A stretch of 64,000 bases of DNA from contig JAFZFQ010000018.1 in the NCBI GenBank assembly GCA_017555825.1, positions 8,359-72,358 on the forward strand. Direction: 5' to 3'. This DNA is from Bacteroidaceae bacterium (GTDB taxonomy: Bacteria; Bacteroidota; Bacteroidia; Bacteroidales; Barnesiellaceae_A). Positions within the stretch are counted from its first letter, which is position 1, and each line of letters starts with the position of its first letter. The notes beneath the pieces were generated by a model. It was not told where the DNA came from and searched no databases. It saw nothing but the letters and a program-made list of their open reading frames with translations. Made by a program: the position numbers and the translations under genes. This document shows, piece after piece, positions 29,278 to 37,267 of the stretch.

Positions 29278-30711
29278 ATGCTCTACGACGCTCTTGCCGC
29301 ACATACCATTTCGCAATTGCCCTACATACCCAACGAGCAACAGCGCGAGCTCATTACTCGGCTTGCTCGGTTTGTGCTCAATGGCAAGGATACCGACCTC
29401 TTCCTCCTCACCGGTTATGCCGGAACGGGAAAGACTTCGCTCGTAGGTGCATTGGTGCGCACCCTGCACGCTCTCAACTTCAAGACGGTACTTCTCGCTC
29501 CCACAGGGCGTGCTGCCAAGGTTTTTTCGCGCTATGCCGCACACCCGGCCTACACCATTCATCGCAAGATTTACCGCCAACAACGCTTTTCGCCCGATAT
29601 GCGAGGTTTTCTTGCCGGCAACAATACCCATCGCGACACGCTCTTTATTGTCGACGAGGCTTCGATGATTGCCAACTCGTCCGGTGACTCAGGTATTTAC
29701 GGCTCGGGGCAACTTCTCGACGATCTTCTCGAATACGTATATGGTGGCGACAACTGCCGCCTGTTGCTCTTGGGCGACATTGCTCAGCTCCCTCCCGTGG
29801 GGCAACCCTTTAGTCCGGCACTTTCGCCCGAGGTGCTTCGGGCTATGGGCATGAATGTTATCTCCTATGAGCTCAACCAAGTGGCCCGACAAGACTCCGA
29901 CAGTGGCATTCTCTACAATGCCACCCGCCTGCGCCACACCATGAACATCTGTAGCGACCCCATTATGCCACCTCCGCAATTGCGTTTCAAGGGCTTCCCC
30001 GATGTTGTCAATCTCAGCGGTGAGTTTCTCATAGAGACGCTTTCCGACTCGTTCGACTCTGTTGGTCTCGACGACACGATAGTCATCACACGTTCCAACA
30101 AGCGTGCGGGCATCTTCAGTCAAGGCATCCGCAACCAGATTCTCTATCGCGAGGAGGAACTCACGGCTGGCGATATGCTACTCGTGGCCAAGAACAACTA
30201 CTATTGGGGTAAGGAGTATAAAGAGGTCGATTTTATTGCCAACGGCGATATTGCTCGCGTTGTGCGTGTACGCAAGAACTATACAATGTATGGTTTCCGA
30301 TTTGCCGACGTGCAACTGCACTTTCCCGATCTCGATGTTGAACTCGAGGCGCGCATCCTTCTCGACACACTCCACAGCGATGCTCCGGCTCTCTCGCGTG
30401 AGCAGAACGAACAGCTATATACTGCCATTCTCGAAGATTATGCACACATTCCCACTCAACGCGAGCGACTCCAACGCCTCAAGGCCGACCCATGGTTCAA
30501 TGCCCTGCAAGTGAAGTATGCCTATGGTGTTACTTGTCACAAAGCGCAAGGCGGACAGTGGCGACACGCCTACATCGATATGGGATATATCGACCCCTCG
30601 GCACTCTCGCTCGACTTCTATCGTTGGCTATACACCGCTATTACGCGTGCTACCGAGCGTGTATATTTCATCAACGTTGCCGACCCCTTTGTCGACGAAA
30701 CCGATAAATAA
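29278..30711 (+). CDS. RecD/Pif1-like SF1B ATP-dependent DNA helicase
   Basis: 477 aa from MLYDALAAH... Walker A is GYAGTGKTS, followed by FIVDEASM, LLLLGDIAQLPPV and a C-terminal YAYGVTCHKAQGGQW..TAITRA. The track ORF start 28804 runs antisense through the DUF3822 gene and is not credible. Confidence 0.8.
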   Translation: MLYDALAAHTISQLPYIPNEQQRELITRLARFVLNGKDTDLFLLTGYAGTGKTSLVGALVRTLHALNFKTVLLAPTGRAAKVFSRYAAHPAYTIHRKIYRQQRFSPDMRGFLAGNNTHRDTLFIVDEASMIANSSGDSGIYGSGQLLDDLLEYVYGGDNCRLLLLGDIAQLPPVGQPFSPALSPEVLRAMGMNVISYELNQVARQDSDSGILYNATRLRHTMNICSDPIMPPPQLRFKGFPDVVNLSGEFLIETLSDSFDSVGLDDTIVITRSNKRAGIFSQGIRNQILYREEELTAGDMLLVAKNNYYWGKEYKEVDFIANGDIARVVRVRKNYTMYGFRFADVQLHFPDLDVELEARILLDTLHSDAPALSREQNEQLYTAILEDYAHIPTQRERLQRLKADPWFNALQVKYAYGVTCHKAQGGQWRHAYIDMGYIDPSALSLDFYRWLYTAITRATERVYFINVADPFVDETDK

Positions 30712-30746
30712 CCCCTTTTGTAAGTATTTCTTGATTTTCTTGTGTA

Positions 30747-31994
30747 TTAGAATGCCTCGCCCATGTTGAATACTACGGCAAAGGCGTCTCGTCCGAAACC
30801 AAAGTCTACACGCAGATTTACGTTGTGTTTCAACTCAAACCGCACTCCGGCTCCATAGTTTATCATAAGGTTGTCCCAGCCGAGGCGTTCGAATGACTCA
30901 AACACACCGCCATAACCTACCCATGCGACCAAGCCCACGCGACTGATAATGCGTTGTCGCAACTCCATTTGGGCATTTATCTGGTTGTTGTCTATGTAGC
31001 GACCGGCATAGTAGCCTCGCATACGTGCTCCTCCACCTCCCAGCTCGGCTCGCAATGGCCAGGGCGTATCTTTGCCCGTATACATGCCATAGAGGTCAAA
31101 GGCCAGTACACTGCCTTTCCATAGCGGTTGGAAGTAGTCTATCGTAAGTGTTGTCTTGAATACATCTTTTGTTGCTGTTCCCAAGAATTTGGGATATATA
31201 ACTTCCTGTAGCGCAATATACAATCCTCGCTTGGGGTTGGGGATAAAGTCGCGAGTATCATACACAATCGAGCCTCCTATACCGGTGAGCCAATACGAGG
31301 TAGGCTGGCCTTCCAGGTACTCTATATTACCTATTCTCGACAAGTAGCTATATCCCATGTTTAGCGACGGGCCTATATGCAGGTTGTCGGTTATGTTATA
31401 CACATAGTCGGCCTCAAAGTTAAAGTGTCGGCGGGTATACACACTCTTTTCATTCACTCGGCACGAGTCGTACGATATACCCCAGAAGTCGAGCGGTTTG
31501 TTATAGAACTGTGCATAGTAGTGTATGCGCGACTTACGGTTGAAGTGGTTGTTACCGCCTATACTTATCTTGTACTCGCCCTTCAGTGTTACGTTGGCAA
31601 AGAATTGCAAGTCCGACGGTTGCACAATACTATCTGTGCGGTCTATTCTATACAACGCTGTCACCACGCCACCAAGGCCCACACTTGCCTCTTGCGAGTA
31701 GAACGGAAACACCACAAACGACAAGTCGATAGGGCGCTCGTGCGTCTTGTCTTTGTTGCCTTTAAAGAGCTGATTGAAAAATTTCTTAAACACACTCTCT
31801 TTCTTCTCGGCAACAGGTGCTATACTATCGCTCTCTATCTCTATAAGTACAATACTATCTGTTATGGCTTCCTGACATAAAACAGCTACCTCGGCCGGTG
31901 TGGCTACAACGCATGCTATGCTATCTTGCGAATAGCATCGCAATACACATGCTACGAGCATGACGAGTATGGCGCTGTATCTTCTTTTTGTCAT
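30747..31994 (-). CDS. BamA/TamA-family (Omp85 surface antigen) outer membrane beta-barrel protein
   Basis: 415 aa with a signal peptide. The beta-barrel repeat pattern, GGGGARMRGYYAGRY and a terminal ..FNMGEAF aromatic residue fit this family. Confidence 0.7.
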   Translation of the reverse strand: MTKRRYSAILVMLVACVLRCYSQDSIACVVATPAEVAVLCQEAITDSIVLIEIESDSIAPVAEKKESVFKKFFNQLFKGNKDKTHERPIDLSFVVFPFYSQEASVGLGGVVTALYRIDRTDSIVQPSDLQFFANVTLKGEYKISIGGNNHFNRKSRIHYYAQFYNKPLDFWGISYDSCRVNEKSVYTRRHFNFEADYVYNITDNLHIGPSLNMGYSYLSRIGNIEYLEGQPTSYWLTGIGGSIVYDTRDFIPNPKRGLYIALQEVIYPKFLGTATKDVFKTTLTIDYFQPLWKGSVLAFDLYGMYTGKDTPWPLRAELGGGGARMRGYYAGRYIDNNQINAQMELRQRIISRVGLVAWVGYGGVFESFERLGWDNLMINYGAGVRFELKHNVNLRVDFGFGRDAFAVVFNMGEAF

Positions 31995-32055
31995 GGGTGT
32001 TTACAAATTGTCGTTATGGTTACACTCTTTATGCCATATAACAATTTTTGCTTGC

Positions 32056-32063
32056 GCAAAGTT
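32056..32063 (-). promoter_or_regulatory. candidate Bacteroidetes -7 box (TAnnTTTG)
   Basis: Minus-strand TAACTTTG, 62 nt upstream of ATG 31994. Confidence 0.4.
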
Positions 32064-32308
32064 AGCATTTATATTCATTCTTGTGCTATAGATTTATCAA
32101 AAATATCATAACCTATGTGCTATTAATCGGCTCAGCACACATACGAAAATTACTTGAGCCATCTTTCTCTTTTCGCCGAGGGTACATAGCGGCGCGTGCA
32201 ACCGAGTAGTGATGAGTAAGTTGGCTACTTCAATTCAAAATCATCCTATCGCAACATTTAGCCTTGCATCGTAGCTTCCTTTGTGCTCGTAATAAACTAT
32301 AAATAACT

Positions 32309-34261
32309 ATGAATACAATTGATTATCGTACCTTTAATCGCTCTAATCTCATGCCCAATCAGCCCGACAAAGCCCATGCTTCAACATGCGATTTTCATCG
32401 TCGCGACATCGATATTCTCGACGAGGCGCGCATGGCGTGGGAGGCTATTGCCGACTTCCGCACGCGTCGCGCTCGCAGTCGCGACTATACCTTTGGCAAG
32501 CAGTGGGGCGACCCCATATTGCTACCCGATGGGCGTGCCGTTTCTGAGGAGCAATACTTGCGTGAGCAGGGAAAAATACCGCTCAAAAACAATATGATAC
32601 GACAACTTGTCAAGAGCGTTTTGGGTCAATTTCGTTCTGCGCAGACCGAGCCTCTCTGTGTGGCTCGCGATAGAAGCGAGCAGCAATTGGGCGATCTCAT
32701 GACGACTGTCATGCAGTATGCCTATCAGCACAATCGCCTATACGAGCTCGATAGTCGCACGCTCGAAGAGTTCCTTATTTCGGGCGCATGCTTCCACAAG
32801 GTCGGATATGGCTCTCGTCGTGGCAAGACCGATGTGTGGGTGCAGGCGGTATCTCCATCGCGCATATTCTTCAACAACATGGAGGATAGTCGTCTGTGGG
32901 ATTGTACTCTCATTGGCGAGTTGCACGACATGACACTATCCGATCTTCTTGCTCGTTTTGCTCGTGGCGACGAGAAGAAAATGCAACAACTGCGCAACAT
33001 ATATGCCAATGTCTCACAGGAGCAGATTTACCAGGCATTCGACACGCTCTCCTCTCGCACCCAAGACTCGCTCGATTTCTTTATTCCATCCTCGCCCGAT
33101 CGCTGTCGTGTTATCGAGGTGTGGAAGATGACTCACACGCCACGTCTTCGTTGTCATGATACGCTCTCGGGCGACTTCTACAAGGTCGATGCCTCTATGC
33201 AGTCGCACATCGACAAGCAGAACAAATTGCGCATTGAGCAAGCGGCTATTCAAGGAGTAGTGGCGAGCGAAGTGCCTCTTATCGAGACCGAGTGGTTTTT
33301 GGATGCGGTGTGGTATTATCGTTTCTTCTCGCCTATGGGCGATGTACTCGACGAGGGCGAGACGCCCTATTGGCACGGCGAGCATCCCTATACGCTACGC
33401 CTCTATCCGCTTTTCGATGGCGAGGTGCACTCTTTTGTCGAGGATATTATCGACCAGCAACGCTACATCAATCGCCTCATTACAATGGTCGACTTCATAA
33501 TGGGTAGCAGTGCCAAGGGTGTATTGCTCTTTCCCGAAGATCAGATTCCCGACGGCATGACCATCGACGACATTGCTGCCGAGTGGACTCGCTACAATGG
33601 TGTTATTCTCTTTCGCCCCAAGCCGGGTTGCCCCATGCCGCAACAAGTATCGGTCAATGCTACCAACGTTGGGGCCTACGAGTTGCTTTCGTTGCAGATG
33701 CGATTGCTCGAAGATATTTCGGGCGTGCACAGTGCTATGCAGGGCAAGAGTGTATCGGCCGGTACACCTGCTTCGCTCTACACTCAGCAGGTGCAATTTT
33801 CGGCTACCAATCTGCTCGATATTTTCGAGTCCTTCAAGACCTTTCGCGAGGAGCGCGACACCAAGGTGCTCAAGACCATACAGCAGTTTTACTCTGCGGC
33901 TCGCTATTCGCTCATAGTGGGCGAGGGTGGGGGTATGCTCTCCGACACTACCCCCGAGAAGGTGCGCAATACCGAGTTCGACCTCTCGATTGCCGAGTCG
34001 GCGGCTGCTCCGGCGTTCCGTCAGGCTTCCAACGATTTTCTATTGGCGCTCTTTCGCTCGGGACACATATCGCTCTCTACATTGCTCGAAACAGGTGCTT
34101 TCCCCTTTGCCGACAAGCTATTGCAACACCTCAATACCGAGCAACAACAGCAATTGCAACAGATGGCTACGCTCATGGCGGCAAGTAATTCACAACCACA
34201 CTCCGTTGACTCATCTCACGAGCTCGACGCTCAACAACAACCATCGCAAGCAGGGCAGTGA
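32309..34261 (+). CDS. phage portal (podovirus head-to-tail connector)-like protein, orphan
   Basis: 650 aa. The N-terminal ..RARSRDYTFGKQWGD.. is like the F..G.QW motif near portal N-termini. The central ..YPLFDGEVHSFVEDIIDQQRYINRLITMVDFIMGSSAKGVLLF.. reads, from my memory of that sequence, like the core of T7 gp8-type connectors. The C-terminal tail is Gln-rich and helical (NTEQQQQLQQMATLMAAS). No signal peptide. Needs HMM or structure confirmation. Confidence 0.55.
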   Translation: MNTIDYRTFNRSNLMPNQPDKAHASTCDFHRRDIDILDEARMAWEAIADFRTRRARSRDYTFGKQWGDPILLPDGRAVSEEQYLREQGKIPLKNNMIRQLVKSVLGQFRSAQTEPLCVARDRSEQQLGDLMTTVMQYAYQHNRLYELDSRTLEEFLISGACFHKVGYGSRRGKTDVWVQAVSPSRIFFNNMEDSRLWDCTLIGELHDMTLSDLLARFARGDEKKMQQLRNIYANVSQEQIYQAFDTLSSRTQDSLDFFIPSSPDRCRVIEVWKMTHTPRLRCHDTLSGDFYKVDASMQSHIDKQNKLRIEQAAIQGVVASEVPLIETEWFLDAVWYYRFFSPMGDVLDEGETPYWHGEHPYTLRLYPLFDGEVHSFVEDIIDQQRYINRLITMVDFIMGSSAKGVLLFPEDQIPDGMTIDDIAAEWTRYNGVILFRPKPGCPMPQQVSVNATNVGAYELLSLQMRLLEDISGVHSAMQGKSVSAGTPASLYTQQVQFSATNLLDIFESFKTFREERDTKVLKTIQQFYSAARYSLIVGEGGGMLSDTTPEKVRNTEFDLSIAESAAAPAFRQASNDFLLALFRSGHISLSTLLETGAFPFADKLLQHLNTEQQQQLQQMATLMAASNSQPHSVDSSHELDAQQQPSQAGQ

Positions 34262-34272
34262 CTTTTCTTTTT

Positions 34273-34306
34273 GTGGCGCAACTCTCTTGAATTGCGTCAC
34301 TTTTTT
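34273..34306 (+). terminator. rho-independent terminator after the portal-like gene
   Basis: GTGGCGCAA (34273-34281) / TTGCGTCAC (34292-34300, one G-U pair), followed by TTTTTT. Confidence 0.65.
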
Positions 34307-34369
34307 ATACCCACGCGCTCCACATCTTTAATAATTTCTAAAATCCTCACACGATACAAAAAAATAGTG

Positions 34370-34377
34370 TATTTTTG
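34370..34377 (+). promoter_or_regulatory. candidate Bacteroidetes -7 box (TAnnTTTG)
   Basis: TATTTTTG, 44 nt upstream of ATG 34421. Confidence 0.45.
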
Positions 34378-34420
34378 TTCTCACATTTTACATTCAATCT
34401 TATTCACGATAACAACACTT

Positions 34421-35284
34421 ATGAAACAACTCATTCTCTCTCTATCTCTATGTGTAGCCGGTGTGTTCTCTTCATTGGCTGCCACCCCCGATTCTATCGC
34501 CTATTACAACCACACTACCGATACCGCTACAATAGCCAAGATATTAGATGCCACACGCCGGGCTGCTATCGAAAGCCCTGCCGACCGTCTTGTTTTTGTG
34601 GCGCGTCAATTCATCGGCTTGCCCTACAAAGCAGCTACTCTTGAGGGCGATACCGAACTCTTGCGCATCAACATGTCGGCGTTCGACTGCACTACTTTGG
34701 TCGAGACGGCTATCGCTCTTGCTCAAACTGCCGCTGTCGATACCGCATCTATCGACGAGTTTGCTACCAATTTGCGCAATATACGCTATCGCGGTGGTGT
34801 GGTCGATGGATATGCCTCGCGATTGCACTATGTCAGCGATTGGATTGCCGACAATACCGAGCGTGGCAACTTTGCCGAGGTTACGGCCGAGTTTCAAAAG
34901 TCTACACGCGATGTCAAGACCATCAATTTCATGTCGGCACACCACCGCAGTTATCCCGCATTGGTAGGCAACGACTCGTTGCTCAATTGCATCAAGGATG
35001 TTGAGGCCCGATACAACAACTATCGCTACTACTATATTCCCGCACATATCACCAACACCGATGCGGCGCTCAAGTGGTTCAAGAATGGCGACATTGTCTT
35101 CTTTACAACCACTACCAAGGGGCTCGATGTTTCGCACATGGGCATTATTGTTATCGAGCGTGGCATGCCTTTCCTTATTCACGCATCGTCCAAGGCTCGC
35201 ATGGTTGTGTTCGAAAAGCAACCTATCTACAACTATATACTCGGCAATAATGTTATTAAAGGTGTGAGAATTGTCCGCCTTTAA
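34421..35284 (+). CDS. secreted DUF1460 (N-acetylmuramoyl-L-alanine amidase-like) protein
   Basis: Signal peptide MKQLILSLSLCVAGVFSSLAA. The motifs ..FIGLPYKAATLEGD..ELLRINMSAFDCTTLVETAIAL.. and ..DVSHMGIIV.. are typical of DUF1460. The track start 34271 overlaps the upstream terminator. Confidence 0.65.
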   Translation: MKQLILSLSLCVAGVFSSLAATPDSIAYYNHTTDTATIAKILDATRRAAIESPADRLVFVARQFIGLPYKAATLEGDTELLRINMSAFDCTTLVETAIALAQTAAVDTASIDEFATNLRNIRYRGGVVDGYASRLHYVSDWIADNTERGNFAEVTAEFQKSTRDVKTINFMSAHHRSYPALVGNDSLLNCIKDVEARYNNYRYYYIPAHITNTDAALKWFKNGDIVFFTTTTKGLDVSHMGIIVIERGMPFLIHASSKARMVVFEKQPIYNYILGNNVIKGVRIVRL

Positions 35285-35336
35285 GCACAATGCATCCAAT
35301 AGCATGTAGTAGAACTTTAAATATATACATACAACA

Positions 35337-36716
35337 ATGCCTGTCTCAGAACAATACAGCTCACTTCGCGAGCGACAAAGACTCTTCTATATCGAACATA
35401 TTACGCGCGAATTACCCTTTCGACTCACAGCGTTAGACCGTCTTCGCGAGGGTATTAAGACTCACGAGCAAGCGCTTTCACAAGCCTTGCACGACGATTT
35501 GGGCAAGTCACAATTCGAGAGTTACGCTACCGAGATAGGCATTCTGCTCAACGAAATTGGCTATGTGCAGAGCCATCTGCGCAGTTGGGCAGCCGACCGT
35601 CATGTTCCATCGCCTCTTGCGTTGTTTGGTTCACGCAGTCGCATACACTACGAGCCTCGCGGTGTGGTGCTCATCATCGCTCCCTGGAACTATCCCCTCC
35701 AGCTCGCCTTTGCTCCACTCATTGGTGCCATTGCCGCGGGCAACTGTGCCGTTGTCAAGCCCTCGTCGAGTGCCCCCCACACGGCTGCGGTTATGAAACA
35801 GATTATCGACGAATGTTTCGAAGACGAGTATATCGCCGTCGTCGAGCCGGGTAACAACGTTACCGAGCAACTCTTGGAGCTACAGTGGGACTACATCTTC
35901 TATACCGGTGGCGACAAGCACGGTCGCAGTGTACTGCAAGCCGCCGCCCGATACCTCACCCCCGTAACACTCGAATTGGGTGGCAAGAGCCCTTGCATTG
36001 TCGACCGCGACGCCGACCTCCGCATTGCAGCCCAACGCATCGTATGGGGTAAGTTGCTCAATTGCGGACAGACATGTGTTGCTCCCGATTACCTTTTTGT
36101 TCATCGAGACATCCAAGACCGCCTCTTGCAACTCATGCAACAAGAGATTGTAGCTCAGTATGGCAACAACCCCATGCTCAGCCCCGACTATCCCCGCATT
36201 GTCAATCTCCACCACTTCGACCGCTTGGCCTCGTTACTCTCACACGGCACCATCATAGCCGGTGGAGTAGTCAATCGCGACCAACGCTACATTGCACCCA
36301 CACTCATAGCCGACGTCAAGAGCGACTCGCCGCTACTCACCGACGAGATTTTTGGCCCCATACTACCCATTATTCCATTCGACGACATCGACGACTGTGT
36401 CGAGCACATCAATACCCATCCCACACCCTTGGCGCTCTATTATTTCACTACGAACAAAAAGAGTGCCCAATACATCGTCGAGCACACCGAGTCGGGTGGC
36501 ATGTGCATCAACGACACCATAGTGCATGTAGCCAACCACCACCTACCATTCGCCGGCAAAGGCCGTAGTGGCATGGGACGATACCACGGACGATACAGCT
36601 TCGAAACATTCAGCCATGCCAAAGCCGTAGTATCAACCACCAACCGCTTCTTCCTATCAATCAAATGCGCACCCTACGGCAACAAACTCAAGTGGATTAA
36701 AAAGATACTCAAGTAA
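35337..36716 (+). CDS. NAD(P)-dependent aldehyde dehydrogenase (class 3-like)
   Basis: 459 aa. ELGGKSPCIV and the catalytic-Cys region NCGQTCVAPDY; the size fits ALDH3-type enzymes. Confidence 0.9.
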   Translation: MPVSEQYSSLRERQRLFYIEHITRELPFRLTALDRLREGIKTHEQALSQALHDDLGKSQFESYATEIGILLNEIGYVQSHLRSWAADRHVPSPLALFGSRSRIHYEPRGVVLIIAPWNYPLQLAFAPLIGAIAAGNCAVVKPSSSAPHTAAVMKQIIDECFEDEYIAVVEPGNNVTEQLLELQWDYIFYTGGDKHGRSVLQAAARYLTPVTLELGGKSPCIVDRDADLRIAAQRIVWGKLLNCGQTCVAPDYLFVHRDIQDRLLQLMQQEIVAQYGNNPMLSPDYPRIVNLHHFDRLASLLSHGTIIAGGVVNRDQRYIAPTLIADVKSDSPLLTDEIFGPILPIIPFDDIDDCVEHINTHPTPLALYYFTTNKKSAQYIVEHTESGGMCINDTIVHVANHHLPFAGKGRSGMGRYHGRYSFETFSHAKAVVSTTNRFFLSIKCAPYGNKLKWIKKILK

Positions 36717-36721
36717 TAAGC

Positions 36722-36765
36722 CCCTCACGCATCAGCACGCCCGATCTATATGCCAATAGGTAATC
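36722..36765. repeat. copy 1 of a 44-bp intergenic direct repeat
   Basis: CCCTCACGCATCAGCACGCCCG-AT-CTATATGCCAATAGGTAATC. Confidence 0.7.
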
Positions 36766-36805
36766 ATTTGCTCCACTGTCGCCTTGCGACTGAGGGGTTG
36801 AAATA

Positions 36806-36872
36806 CCCTCGTGCATCAGCACGCCCGTAGGGACGTACCACCGGTACGTCCGCTATATGCAGATAGGTAATC
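36806..36872. repeat. copy 2 of the repeat, carrying a 25-nt hairpin insertion
   Basis: CCCTCGTGCATCAGCACGCCCG and CTATATGCAGATAGGTAATC are separated by TAGGGACGTACCACCGGTACGTCCG. That insert has stem GGACGTACC (36831-36839) / GGTACGTCC (36843-36851). Confidence 0.7.
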
Positions 36873-36915
36873 CCATACCGTTGCATTACATTGCTTCTGT
36901 GAAACGTGCGCACCG

Positions 36916-37061
36916 ATGTCTGCAAGACATGTTGAGTGGCATTTATGCCACGAATATGGATAACCCCGTACGAGTGCCGATAGGCACGAAGTGCGGGGAA
37001 AACGAGTCAAAGAAAACCACCGTCTGCAAGACGGGAGATATACCCACGTCCGATGTATATC
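36916..37061. other. cluster of short GC-rich hairpins (possible structured RNA or REP/MITE-like relic)
   Basis: Five hairpins: ATGTCT-GCA-AGACAT (36916-30); GTGGCAT-TT-ATGCCAC (36936-51); nested CCCCGTAC..GTGCC-GATA-GGCAC..GTGCGGGG (36964-98); CCGTCT-GCA-AGACGG (37020-34); GATATAC..GTATATC (37037-61). There is no plausible ORF. Confidence 0.5.
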
Positions 37062-37239
37062 ACGCACCGTCCTTGCATTTCCGCCCACACCTCTCACACC
37101 ACACATCTTTTATTATAAAATTTCCCCACATCCCCCAAATCACGCCAAAAATTGCTATCTTTGAGGTAAACCTCCAATATACTTTCGCTCGCTGTGAAAA
37201 ATATTCAAGCAAGCTTGATATTTCTCGCTCGCTTATTCG

Positions 37240-37247
37240 TATCTTTG
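37240..37247 (+). promoter_or_regulatory. candidate Bacteroidetes -7 box (TAnnTTTG)
   Basis: TATCTTTG, 21 nt upstream of GTG 37268. A second TATCTTTG lies at 37156-37163. Confidence 0.4.
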
Positions 37248-37267
37248 TTCACTAAAAATAAGCCCAC

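Noticed and set aside
32000-35300. A complete or cryptic prophage around the portal-like gene.
   Set aside because: There is no integrase, terminase, capsid, tail, repressor, tRNA or att-like direct repeat anywhere nearby. Only the single portal-like gene, and arguably the amidase-like gene, look phage-related.
36964-36998. The nested hairpin as a group II intron domain V or other ribozyme core.
   Set aside because: The loop GAUA is not GNRA. No catalytic AGC triad or bulge geometry is present, and there are no flanking intron domains or a reverse transcriptase ORF.
36816-37255. ORFs 36816..37106 (-) and 36857..37255 (+) as protein-coding genes.
   Set aside because: The translations are Cys/His/Arg-rich nonsense without domains. 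They overlap each other and the hairpin and repeat block. The 3' part is the AT-rich uvrD promoter region.
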